This document shows positions 34,776 to 44,463 of a stretch of 64,000 nt of DNA, piece after piece. The notes beneath the pieces are model-generated. The model searched no databases and was not told where the DNA came from. It was given only the letters and a program-made list of their open reading frames with translations. Numbering within the stretch: position 1 is the stretch's first letter; each line of letters starts with the position of its first letter. The stretch spans positions 273,663 through 337,662 of the forward strand of contig CAWIZL010000002.1 of assembly GCA_963840645.1 (NCBI GenBank), read 5' to 3'. The translations under genes and the position numbers were made by a program. Source of the stretch: Candidatus Doudnabacteria bacterium (lineage in GTDB: Bacteria > Patescibacteriota > Doudnabacteria > UBA920 > VMFF01).

Positions 34776-35207
34776 ATGGAACAAACGGAAAGCGCGCAGT
34801 TTTTCGGTACAGAAATCCAAGCCAGTGGTTTCGACAGGGCAGAGATCAGCCTGCCCCTCGGTGAGTTTCCACTGGCAGATCCAAAAGCCCTGATCACAGA
34901 GTTTAGCGTGCACGGGCTCAGTTCGCTACTCATAGCGGCGACTGCTGAGCCTTTCTACTCTGGCAAGAAACTCGTACCGCCAATTCCCGCCCTGCGGTAC
35001 GTGCGCGAAAGGTACCCTCTCAGCGGGGGACGGCGCGAGTTCACCGTGGTCTCGGTTTTCCCCGTGAGGGGTGTTCTCTGGGTCATGGCTCAGAGCGAGC
35101 GTGAAAGCGTGAGGTCTATAAAGGTAGATGAAGTTCGAAGACTGTGCGCTGCTACAGGCATCAGTTCAGACACGAGCACCTGCACGTTGCTGCTCTTCGT
35201 GGATTAA
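34776..35207 (+). CDS. Hypothetical protein (143 aa)
   Basis: GGAGG lies 4 nt upstream of the ATG, and a terminator follows. Confidence 0.5.
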   Translation: MEQTESAQFFGTEIQASGFDRAEISLPLGEFPLADPKALITEFSVHGLSSLLIAATAEPFYSGKKLVPPIPALRYVRERYPLSGGRREFTVVSVFPVRGVLWVMAQSERESVRSIKVDEVRRLCAATGISSDTSTCTLLLFVD

Positions 35208-35236
35208 GACCCAGCACCTCCGCGTTTGTCACTCTC

Positions 35237-35269
35237 GCCCCGCAAAAAGTTGCGGGGCTTTCTTTTTTT
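35237..35269 (+). terminator. Rho-independent terminator
   Basis: GCCCCGCAA-AAAG-TTGCGGGGC followed by TTTCTTTTTTT. Confidence 0.8.
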
Positions 35270-35302
35270 GTCATTTCCCCGAAAAACGCGTACAATAGGC
35301 TC

Positions 35303-37120
35303 ATGCAAGACTACTCAGTTCCAGTGAGGGTGGTACAACCTAACATGCCCCAGCGCCAAAATAGCGGCAACGCTTTCAGAGATTTTTACGAGAAGAACAA
35401 GATTGCCGTGTGGGCAATTGTTGTGTCGCTCGCGGTCATTGGGGCCATCCTCTTGGTCATTTTCCACAGGCCAGGTGCTGTGGTGCCGCCAAAGGTTACG
35501 CTGCAGATCAGCGCACCTGCACAAATCTCAACGGCAACAGCTACCGTGTACCAGCTCACGGTCACAAATTCTGACACGTCGCCCATCAGCAACGTCTCAA
35601 TAGACGTGCTGTACCCATCTGGCTTCACGTTCCAGTCGAGCTCGCCACCGGCCTCAAGCTCAGACGGCACCACGTTCAACAACATCACGCAGCTCGGCCC
35701 AGGACAGAACGCCGTCATTGCAATCAAGGGCAGCACAGCTGGCAACAATGGCCAGGTGCAGCAGATCAACGCGGTCATGCACTACCAGTTCGCAAGTGCA
35801 TCCACAGATTTTGTGGCGCAGGCTTCCTCGCAATCGACCATCAGCAACTCTGGCATTGCGCTGCAGGTTTCTGGACAGGAGCAGGTGAACAACGGGCAGG
35901 TGACCACGTACACGTTTGGCTACACCAACACAACTGCGAACGCCGTTAGCGACATGGCCATGACCGTGAACTTGCCAGCTGGCTTTACGCCAACATCGTA
36001 CGTTCCAAATCCAGCTGCTCCGCTCGGCCAGGGCAACAGCACTCTTACCTGGAACCTGCCGAGCCTGCCGGCGAACGGCACTGGCTCTGTGCAAATCGTA
36101 GGTGCATTTGCGGGTCTCAGCACTGGTACCCAGGGAAATTTTGCCGTTCAGATTGATGGCACAGTGGCTGGTGCTACGCCAACCCCAACAGTGGGTTCCT
36201 CTGTGAACACTGCTCCTGCTGTGCTCGCATCGACAACGTACCAGGTTACCGTTGTGGTGAACCCAATTTCTGCGACGCTCACCCTCCAAGCTCCGACGAG
36301 CGTTGACCCAGGCACGCAGCTCTCGTACCAGCTTGCGTACCAGAACAGTGGACAGACCGCGGCAACCGGCATCAACATCACCGTCACGCTCGTTGGCGAT
36401 GCGTACGACCTCACCACGCTCTCTGCGCCAATGTCGAGCATCACGGGCAACACAATTACGTGGAACGGCTCCCAGGTTCAGCAGCTGGCAGACCTTGGCC
36501 CAAACCAGCAGGGGACCCTCAGCTTTACCATTGGCGTGAAGAACCCTGCCACGAGAGGCGACGTAGAGAACATGACAGTTACAGCTACACCTTCGATTGA
36601 GAGCGACCAGTTCCAGCAGCCGTTCAGTGGCACCCCAATTTCTACAAAAGTAAATACGCAGCTCGTGCTCGATGAGACTGCAGCGGTGAGCAGTGGCCCA
36701 AACCCTCCGACAGTTGGCCAGCAGACAACGTACACTGTCGTGCTCGGCCTGCGGAACACCACGAACGATGTGAACGGCGTGGTGGTCACCGCGAGCCTGC
36801 CAGAGGCGTACAACTTTGACCCAACGCTCGTCACGTTCGTAGAGCAGAAGAACGTGACGTACGATCCCGGTACGCGCATGCTTACCTGGAACGTGGGAAC
36901 AGTGCCCGCGCAGACCGGCGACTTCAACCCCGTGCGCAGCCTTACGCTCACGGTGGTGGTCTTGCCAGACCAGTCAAACATTGGCCAGCAAATGTCGCTC
37001 CTCACGAACGTTGCCGTGACCGGCACAGACGCCTTTACCGGAAACCAAATTTCACTCACCGGCAGCAAGCTCACAACGTCTGCTGACCCAGGTGGCAATG
37101 GAACCGTGGTAGCGCAATAA
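35303..37120 (+). CDS. Membrane-anchored surface protein with about 5 DUF11/CARDB-like Ig-fold repeats
   Basis: Start trimmed to the ATG at 35303 (MQDYSVPV..). TM helix IAVWAIVVSLAVIGAILLVIF. Repeated ~100-aa modules such as YQLTVTNSDTSPISNVSIDVLYPSGFTF and YTFGYTNTTANAVSDMAMTVNLPAGFTP. Confidence 0.65.
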   Translation: MQDYSVPVRVVQPNMPQRQNSGNAFRDFYEKNKIAVWAIVVSLAVIGAILLVIFHRPGAVVPPKVTLQISAPAQISTATATVYQLTVTNSDTSPISNVSIDVLYPSGFTFQSSSPPASSSDGTTFNNITQLGPGQNAVIAIKGSTAGNNGQVQQINAVMHYQFASASTDFVAQASSQSTISNSGIALQVSGQEQVNNGQVTTYTFGYTNTTANAVSDMAMTVNLPAGFTPTSYVPNPAAPLGQGNSTLTWNLPSLPANGTGSVQIVGAFAGLSTGTQGNFAVQIDGTVAGATPTPTVGSSVNTAPAVLASTTYQVTVVVNPISATLTLQAPTSVDPGTQLSYQLAYQNSGQTAATGINITVTLVGDAYDLTTLSAPMSSITGNTITWNGSQVQQLADLGPNQQGTLSFTIGVKNPATRGDVENMTVTATPSIESDQFQQPFSGTPISTKVNTQLVLDETAAVSSGPNPPTVGQQTTYTVVLGLRNTTNDVNGVVVTASLPEAYNFDPTLVTFVEQKNVTYDPGTRMLTWNVGTVPAQTGDFNPVRSLTLTVVVLPDQSNIGQQMSLLTNVAVTGTDAFTGNQISLTGSKLTTSADPGGNGTVVAQ

Positions 37121-37179
37121 TTTAATTCAGGCAAACAGAAAGAGAACAGCACGAGGGTATTTTTATGCTAAGTGTACTC

Positions 37180-37277
37180 GAGACAAAAAGAAGAAGCCCT
37201 AGCTCAGCTGAATGCTGTCTTTTCTTTCAGAAAAGAAACGGATTCAGAAATCGCTGCGGGCTTCTTCTTTTTGTCTC
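37180..37277. repeat. Long palindromic intergenic element, copy B (bidirectional terminator-like)
   Basis: Perfect 20-bp arms GAGACAAAAAGAAGAAGCCC and GGGCTTCTTCTTTTTGTCTC. The inner core is the reverse complement of the copy A/C core (..CCGTTTCTTTTCTGAAAGAAAAGACAG..). Confidence 0.65.
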
Positions 37278-37285
37278 TGGATAGC

Positions 37286-38590
37286 TTAGTAAATGAACCC
37301 TCTGATGACCGGTGATGCAATGCCGATCGTCCTGGTGTCAGTAATGCCCAAGCCCTTGTAGTTCATTTCAGTGACCGTGAACGAGTCTTTGCTGACGCTG
37401 TCCACGACGGCAACGTGGCCGTAGCGGCTCTCGTCAGTTACCACAATGGCTCCAGGAATTGGCGTGCGGCCTTCTTTTGCGCCGAGCGCTGCTGCGTTCG
37501 CCAGCCAGTTTCGCGCGTTGCCGCCCCACGTCACGTGCCGCACCTCAGCCACGTAGTACGTGCACTGTCCCCACGGGAACTCGTGCTCAGAGCCCGGCAA
37601 GTCTTGAATGCCTGGAGGTGCAGGCTCGTAGTACACCTTGCCGCCAACGGTCAGCTTCACCTTTGCAGGCGCTGGCTTTGCCGCGGGCTTTGGCGCTGGC
37701 ACTGTGCCACCTGGAATAATCAAAATGTCACCTGGGTTGATGTCGCTCTCGTCCGCGAGGTTGTTGTAAGAAATAATCTGGTTGACGTCAGCGCTGAAGT
37801 AGCTGGCAATGTCTGGCAGCGTGTCGTTGGCTGTCACCTTGTGCAGGACGCCGCTCGTCGGCAGGATGAGCAGGTCCCAGCCAGGCTGAATGGTGTTGCT
37901 CGGCAGGTTGTTCGCCCACACAATGGTGTCTGGGGTGATGCCGTACTTCTGCGCAATGCTGTCGAGCGTATCACCCGGCTGCGTGACGTACACTTTAATC
38001 TGCTCGAGCACGAGCGTGCGTGCGCTGCTCGTGTCAACTTTCGTGATGCTGTTGCCGTCAGACACAGCTGCACCAGACTGGTTGTCAGGGTCTGAGCTAT
38101 CGTCACCTGTGCCTCCGCTGCTGTCGCCTTCCACAGAGTCTGCCGTGATGACAGTGTCTGCATCAGCGGTCTGGATGAACACGTTGCCGTTAGACTGAGC
38201 CACGACGGTCTTCACGGTGGTAGCTGCTGCGTACAAATTTTCGTTCTGGCCAGGGTGGAACGACAGCTCTTTTGCGAACAGGTTGCTGCTGTTGAAGGCT
38301 GCCAGAACCTGCGTGCCGGTGAAGTTAATGCCAATTACAATGAAAGACAGCACCAGAACAACGAGCTCGGTGCTGAACTTGAACGTGTAGTCAATGTGAT
38401 CCATCTCCACTGAAGAGTGGTGGGCGTGGAACGTGCTGAAGTGCTTCGCAATGCGTGCGACAGTGGCTCTGAAATTGGCTGCAAGCTTTACTGCAGTTTC
38501 TCGCAGCTTATGCAGCTGCTGCGTAATGTACGCTAGGGGAGGTTGAATGCAAACTCCTGTAACACCGCGTAACCGAACGTTTCTTCGCAT
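37286..38590 (-). CDS. Peptidoglycan hydrolase: TM, 2 x LysM, CHAP amidase/peptidase domain
   Basis: LysM: YVTQPGDTLDSIAQKYGITPDTIVWANNL and HKVTANDTLPDIASYF..IISYNNL. CHAP: FPWGQCTYYVAEV..YGHVAVVDSV. Confidence 0.85.
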   Translation of the reverse strand: MRRNVRLRGVTGVCIQPPLAYITQQLHKLRETAVKLAANFRATVARIAKHFSTFHAHHSSVEMDHIDYTFKFSTELVVLVLSFIVIGINFTGTQVLAAFNSSNLFAKELSFHPGQNENLYAAATTVKTVVAQSNGNVFIQTADADTVITADSVEGDSSGGTGDDSSDPDNQSGAAVSDGNSITKVDTSSARTLVLEQIKVYVTQPGDTLDSIAQKYGITPDTIVWANNLPSNTIQPGWDLLILPTSGVLHKVTANDTLPDIASYFSADVNQIISYNNLADESDINPGDILIIPGGTVPAPKPAAKPAPAKVKLTVGGKVYYEPAPPGIQDLPGSEHEFPWGQCTYYVAEVRHVTWGGNARNWLANAAALGAKEGRTPIPGAIVVTDESRYGHVAVVDSVSKDSFTVTEMNYKGLGITDTRTIGIASPVIRGFIY

Positions 38591-38802
38591 CCAGAACTAC
38601 CGTAGAAACGCAAGCGTACGTGGGCTAAGTTGATAGGCTGAGTAACCGCTAACGTAACGATTCTACTTCATGCTGGCGCATGGGTCAAGAGCCTGGAAGC
38701 CCCATAAGTATAATGTGCCTTAGACATGGGTTTTTTTTTCCACATTTGGCTTAGGTAAAAGGTTTTTTAGTACATTTTTCAGAGTTTGCTATACTGACCT
38801 AC

Positions 38803-40930
38803 ATGGCTGAAACACAAAAAATAATTCCCCAATCGCTGCTCACAGGCTTAAACAGCAAGCAGGCTGAGGCTGTCACAGCCCCGCTCGGCCCGCTCCTCGT
38901 TTTGGCTGGTGCTGGCTCTGGAAAAACAAAGGTGCTCACCAGCCGCATTGCGTACCTCATTGCAACAGGCCGGTTTGCCAGCGGCAACATTTTGGCACTC
39001 ACGTTCACCAACAAGGCAGCTAAAGAAATGCTCACCCGTGTGCAGGCGCTCATTGGCGCCAGCGCGGGCAAGTCTGCTGGCATGCCAACCATGGGCACGT
39101 TCCACTCTGTGTGTGCGCGCATTCTGCGCCAAGAAATTTCAGCGCTCGGCTACGGCGCGAGCTTTGCCATCTACGACGACGATGACCAGTCTAAAATTTT
39201 GAAAGAAATTTGCAGCCAGGTTGGCGTGCCGGCACGGTTTTCCCCGAACGTGTTCCGCAGCTACATTTCAACGGCTAAGAACTTGCTCCAGACACCCGAT
39301 GAGCTGAGCCTGGGCATTGATCCAGTGCTCCTCGGCTTCACCCGTTCTATATACACCGCGTACCAGAGCTACCTGTTCAAGCAGAACGCGCTCGATTTTG
39401 ACGACCTGCTCATGCTCACGGCCCGCCTGCTGCAGCACTTTCCAAATGTTTTGCACAAGTACCGCGAGCTCTTCAAGTACATTTTGGTAGACGAGTACCA
39501 GGACACGAACCACGCGCAGTTCGTGCTGCTCTACCTTTTGGCAAACCACGGCGAGCGCAACATTTTTGTTGTCGGCGACGACGCGCAGGCAATCTACGGT
39601 TTCCGCGGCTCAAACTTGAAAAACATTTTAGACTTTGAGGTGAACTTTCCTGACGCCGTTGTCATCAAGCTGGAGCAGAACTACAGGTCAACTAAAAATA
39701 TTCTAGACGTTGCGCAAGAGGTGATTGACCTGAACCCAGAGCAGAAAAAGAAAAAGCTCTGGACAGAGAACGTGGCCGGTGAAAAAATTCAGCTCGTCGA
39801 GGTCGCGGATGAGGGTGAGGAGGCGCGGTACGTTGCGCGGTGCATTGTGAAGGCTGCGTCCCCAGACACTGGCGTGACGTACGAGCCTGACGAACAAGCA
39901 GAAGAACAGCCTGAGGTTGCTCACACGTTTTCAATTCTCGACCAGTTTTTAAAAAAGCAGCAGAGAGGCAACCGCCGCGGACAATTCAGCGGCGGCTTTG
40001 GCGTGCCGGTCTTGCCAGCAGACCACGCCAGCCTCAAAGGGTTTGCGGTGCTGTACCGCACGCACGCACAGTCGCGCGCCATTGAAGAAGTTTTTTTACA
40101 GGCCAGATCCCGTACCAAATTACTGGCGGCGTGAAGTTCTACCAGCGCCGTGAAATTAAAGACGTGCTCGCGTACCTGCGGCTCGTGGTGAACCCTCGCG
40201 ATTTGGTGTCGCTGCAGCGCGTCATCAACGAGCCGCCACGTGGCATTGGCGAGAAGTCTCTCGAGCCAATCAAAGGTTTCTTGCTCGAGCACGACACAGC
40301 CGCAGCGGACTTTGCCAAGATCCATGCAGCGAAGCTCGGCCTCGGCGCGCGCCAGCTCGCAGGCGCCAAGACGTTCTTTGGCCTGCTCGCAGATTTTGCC
40401 AGCCTCAGCCCCGCTGAGAGCCTCACGTCTCTCATCCGCCTGGTCATCAAGAAGTCTGGGTACGAGCAGCACCTCCGCGATGGCAGCACAGAGGGCGAGG
40501 CACGGTTCGAGAACGTCCAGGAAATTTTCAACGTCGCGGAAAAGTACGATAGCCTGCCGTGGCCACAAGGCCTAGGTGAGTTCCTGCAGGAGGTTGCCCT
40601 CATGACAGACGCAGACACCAGCCGCGGCGAGAAAGACTGCGTCACCATGATGTCTCTGCACCAGGCAAAGGCCTTGAGTTTGACACGGTGTTTCTGGTTG
40701 GCCTCGAAGAGGGGATTCTGCCGCACTCTCGCTCGCTCCTCAACCCTGAAGAGCTGTCTGAAGAGGTTCGCCTCGTGTACGTTGGCATCACGCGAGCGCG
40801 GAAGTCGCTGACGCTCCTGTACGCGCAGTCCCGCAGGATGTACGGGACTGTCCAGAGCTTTGCGCCATCGAGGTTCCTGCGCGCGCTGCCAGAAGAAAAA
40901 ATTAACAAAAAGTTAATCAGCCGGTATTAA
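38803..40930 (+). CDS. pcrA: UvrD/PcrA-type ATP-dependent DNA helicase, with 1-nt indels near 40105 and 40670
   Basis: [40 protein letters not shown]. The three track ORFs join as ..EEVFLQA / [19 protein letters not shown] and ..SLHQAKG / [18 protein letters not shown]. Confidence 0.9.
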
Positions 40931-40956
40931 ATGATTAAATTTAATATTTAACGTTA

Positions 40957-41772
40957 ATGAAAAAATCTAACCTCACGTTCGACGTTAACTCTGACATTAA
41001 AAATTTCTTGAGCCGCTACGGCTTCACGCCAAACCAGCTGCTCGGGCAAAATTTTTTGGTCGACGAAGTGGCTCTCGAAAAAATTGTTGCGGCAGCAGCC
41101 ATTAAGCCCAAAGATGAAGTCCTCGAAATTGGTCCTGGCATTGGCAACCTCACCGCGCTCCTCGCGAAGAAGACAGAGCACGTGCTCGCAGTCGAGAAAG
41201 ACGAACGCTACGCTGACATGCTGAAGCTGGAGAACGTGCGCGTTGAGTACGCAGACGTTACCCGCTTCAACTTCCAGGCAATTCTGAAGCCCGGGTACAA
41301 AGTTGTGGCGAACATTCCGTACTACATCACGGGTAAAATTATTGAGATGCTCGTGACGGCGCACGTGCGCCCGTCGCGCATCGTGCTGCTCGTGCAGAAA
41401 GAGGTCGCAGAGCGCATCGTGGCAAAGCCGGGGGCGCTCAGCATACTGGCAATCTCGGTGCAGCTCTGGTGCAGCGCAAAGATCGTTGGGGACGTGCCGA
41501 AAGAATCGTTCTACCCGCAGCCAAAAGTTGACTCTGCCATTCTGCAGCTCGACGTCCTGCCGAAAATGCGCATCGCGGTAGAGGAGAATAAGTTTTTCAG
41601 CATTGTTCGCGCAACGTTCGCAGGCAAGCGCAAGCAGCTGCGCAACACGCTCAAGTCAAACCTGAAACTGGACGAATCATCCCTTGAGAAAGTTGGCAAA
41701 GTGGTGGACCTCACCCTCCGCCCGCAAGACTTGACCTTTGAACAGTGGCTCGCCATTTACCAGAGGGTCTAG
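40957..41772 (+). CDS. rsmA: 16S rRNA (adenine1518/1519-N6)-dimethyltransferase
   Basis: LGQNFLVDE..VLEIGPGIGNLT..VVANIPYYITG. Confidence 0.92.
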   Translation: MKKSNLTFDVNSDIKNFLSRYGFTPNQLLGQNFLVDEVALEKIVAAAAIKPKDEVLEIGPGIGNLTALLAKKTEHVLAVEKDERYADMLKLENVRVEYADVTRFNFQAILKPGYKVVANIPYYITGKIIEMLVTAHVRPSRIVLLVQKEVAERIVAKPGALSILAISVQLWCSAKIVGDVPKESFYPQPKVDSAILQLDVLPKMRIAVEENKFFSIVRATFAGKRKQLRNTLKSNLKLDESSLEKVGKVVDLTLRPQDLTFEQWLAIYQRV

Positions 41773-41794
41773 GTGTGCTATAGTATTGGCACGT

Positions 41795-42439
41795 ATGGAC
41801 GCAGCAACAGCAGACAATCAAAGCAAGAGAGCATTCCACGGTGGCCATTTTTCACTGATGGCAGGTTCAGCTTTCGTGCTGCTCGTTTTGGCTATTGCGC
41901 AGGCGCCGTCGTTCTGGCACGTAGACTCCTTCCTTAAAAAGTACAGTGGCAACAACCTGTACTCGAACGCAAACACGTCGCAGCTCCCGAGCGTAGCCTA
42001 CACGCAGGCTACCCTCAGCCAGCAGCAAGACCTCGCAGCTGAAGAAACTGGGGCAAGCACGGGCGAAGCAGTGCTCGGTGCATCAACGTACGACAAGTCT
42101 GTTCCAGCTCAATTTTCAAGCTTGCAAATTGCAACGTCGCAGGACAACTCCGCCGCGGCGATTCAATCGTACGCAACCCAGGTGAACGTCGTCATTGCAG
42201 ATGAGGTTACGAAAAATTCGACCCCAGCGCAGTTCCAAAAGCTTGCGTCAGACCTCCAGGCGATTGCAGTGCCGAGCAGCATTGAAGACTACCAGCGCCT
42301 GCTCGTCGAGAGCGCTATTCTGGCGTCCACCGGTGACCCGCAAGACTTAATGGCAGAGATTACGCCGGTGATGCAGACCATTAGCGCGGCGGTGCAGGGG
42401 AGCACGAACGTTACGTTGCCGGTACTCGGCAGCAGCTAG
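41795..42439 (+). CDS. Membrane-anchored hypothetical protein (first gene of the T4SS-like operon)
   Basis: ATG at 41795 follows TGcTATAGT (41776-41784). TM helix LMAGSAFVLLVLAIAQA. The track ORF starts earlier (41738), inside rsmA. Confidence 0.5.
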   Translation: MDAATADNQSKRAFHGGHFSLMAGSAFVLLVLAIAQAPSFWHVDSFLKKYSGNNLYSNANTSQLPSVAYTQATLSQQQDLAAEETGASTGEAVLGASTYDKSVPAQFSSLQIATSQDNSAAAIQSYATQVNVVIADEVTKNSTPAQFQKLASDLQAIAVPSSIEDYQRLLVESAILASTGDPQDLMAEITPVMQTISAAVQGSTNVTLPVLGSS

Positions 42440-42486
42440 CAGCGCTCAGCGCAACGTAGCGCAAAAATAAAAAAACGAAAAGCAGC

Positions 42487-43497
42487 ATGGAACTAGATAG
42501 GCAAAAAATTTACATAATTTCTGGAGTCGTTGGACTGGTGATTGTCATGGTCATCGGGTTCTTCTACTACAACTCTGTCGTTTCAAAAAATAAACTCGCG
42601 ACAACCACTGGCACGGGTCCTTCTACCTCGGGCAGTGGAGGCCTCGGCACGCTGCCGCCCCTGCAGACAACAACGCCGCCAACTCGGCCATCGCCGCCAG
42701 TGCTCCACACAGATGCGAGCCAGCCGTACGCAACAATCTTGCCGCGCGAGAGCCAGCCAGCGCCGTCACCAACCCCAGTGGCCACCAGCACAGCCCCAGT
42801 GCAGCCAACGCCCGCGCAAGCCGTGAACTCTGCGGGCATGGATAGCTCCATGGCGTTCCAGTACAATGACCTCGCGTCTCTGACGGAAGACCAGCTCATG
42901 GCAAAGTACGACCCAAACTACCAGAGCGTTGAGCAGAACTTCACGCCACCTCCGAGCAGCGTGGATGGCATTGCCGCAAACGGCACTGACGGCGTCGTGA
43001 CCGTGCCTGCCACGCCACCGCTCACGTCTATTCCAACCGTGCCACTGCCAAACGGCGTGACCTTCACCGTGAACCAGGAGAACGATCCGCAGTCACTGCA
43101 GAACTACCTAACCACGCTGTCCAGCACTGTGGCTCCTTTTGATATTTCAAACCCAAACAACAGCAGCCTGGTGTCTTCAGCTGTCACCGATGCAATATCA
43201 AACCCTGCAAAGTACAAGGCAGACCTTGCAGCTGGGAAGAGCATGCTCACCCAGATCCAGGCGCTGCCAGTGCCGAGCGACCTAGCTGGCCTGCAGGATT
43301 CCTACTACAACCTCTACAGCCAGTACGTGACGCTCGTCGGCGATGCAGGTAGCGTATCGAGCAGCAACCAGACAACGGCAGTTGCCGCTGACTCAGCCGT
43401 GCAGCAGGATGCCGCCCAGTTTGGAAGCTCGCTCGAGACAACGCTCAATGACCTCAACGATTCCCAGACCGTTGTGCAGAATGCCGCAAGCCAATGA
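42487..43497 (+). CDS. Membrane-anchored Pro/Thr-rich hypothetical protein
   Basis: TM helix IYIISGVVGLVIVMVIGFFYY followed by a Pro-rich linker. The C-terminal domain shows motif-level resemblance to the previous ORF. Confidence 0.55.
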   Translation: MELDRQKIYIISGVVGLVIVMVIGFFYYNSVVSKNKLATTTGTGPSTSGSGGLGTLPPLQTTTPPTRPSPPVLHTDASQPYATILPRESQPAPSPTPVATSTAPVQPTPAQAVNSAGMDSSMAFQYNDLASLTEDQLMAKYDPNYQSVEQNFTPPPSSVDGIAANGTDGVVTVPATPPLTSIPTVPLPNGVTFTVNQENDPQSLQNYLTTLSSTVAPFDISNPNNSSLVSSAVTDAISNPAKYKADLAAGKSMLTQIQALPVPSDLAGLQDSYYNLYSQYVTLVGDAGSVSSSNQTTAVAADSAVQQDAAQFGSSLETTLNDLNDSQTVVQNAASQ

Positions 43498-44353
43498 AGA
43501 ACGCACATAAAAAAATTCAGGTAGCAGTTGTTGCCCTCGCGCTCCTCATTGGCGGCACGTACGCAGATACTGCGCACGCGGTGCTTGGCCTCGGTGACAT
43601 TGTGGTCGCAGACATCGCGCACGACATCACGGTTGAAATTCCAGCCATCATTGAGCAGGTCATCCTCACCGCAGTCAATGACTCGGCGAACCTTGCGCTG
43701 CAGAGCGCGCTCCAGCCGAGGAAAATTACAGACCACGTGAACTACGCCCTAAACCTCACGAACCAGATATACGTCAGCCACGCAATGGTCACGAGCAACG
43801 ATTCAAACAGCGCCCTCACGCTGGCGGCATCTCGCAGATACAGAGGTTGCCAGGCGGTGCGCCAAACTCAGGCCAGATTGCCCAGCAGCGTGCAATGACA
43901 GCGTTCAACCCTTACAGCATCAACCCGCAGATCGGCAACCCGAGCATGTCTATCGTGGACGTGTTGGCTCCTGCGTCATCGCCAAACGCAAACATTTCGT
44001 ACCAGACAGAGGCAATGTACGGCAATGCGACCACGGTGCTGGCTCTCGCGCAGCAGGGCGCGAACAAGGACGTTGCAGCTGGGGCTGGGTCTAAGTCAAC
44101 GTACAGCGCGCCCACTGGTGGCCAATCGAGCGGCGGCTTGAACGTGAACAGTGCTGCGAAAGAGGTTGATACAGCGCTCGATGGCATTGTGTCGTCCTCA
44201 TTTGGCAACCAGCAGAAGCCGCAGAACAACGTGTCCGCAATGTTCCTGGCAATTGCAGACGTGTTCATAAAGACCCTCAACCAAAAGCTGGTGGGAGCTG
44301 CTGCTGGCACGCCGATCAGCAACGGTTCAGCATCGTACTCGCCCACGCACTAG
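43494..44353 (+). CDS. Secreted hypothetical protein, split by an indel between about 43800 and 43850
   Basis: Signal peptide MKNAHKKIQVAVVALALLIGGTYADTAHA. ORFs 43494..43898 and 43847..44353 are contiguous in adjacent frames. Confidence 0.5.
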
Positions 44354-44374
44354 CGTGCTGGGTGGGCAGGCAAA

Positions 44375-44408
44375 GACCTCAGGGGCAGCAAGCTCTGAGG
44401 CCTTTTTA
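44375..44408 (+). terminator. Weak internal terminator followed by a promoter (TTGCGT-17-GATAAT, 44424-44452)
   Basis: CCTCAG (44377-44382)..CTGAGG (44395-44400) followed by CCTTTTTAT. Confidence 0.45.
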
Positions 44409-44463
44409 TACACAGCAGAGCGTTTGCGTATTGACCCTGCGTGTGCGATAATTTAAGCAAAGT

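Noticed and set aside
35144-35302. Upstream extensions of track ORFs (35144, 22246, 22683, 27680, 15678, 41738)
   Set aside because: The extensions run through terminators, promoters or the neighbouring gene. Internal ATGs with a signal peptide, TM helix or conserved N-terminus were preferred.
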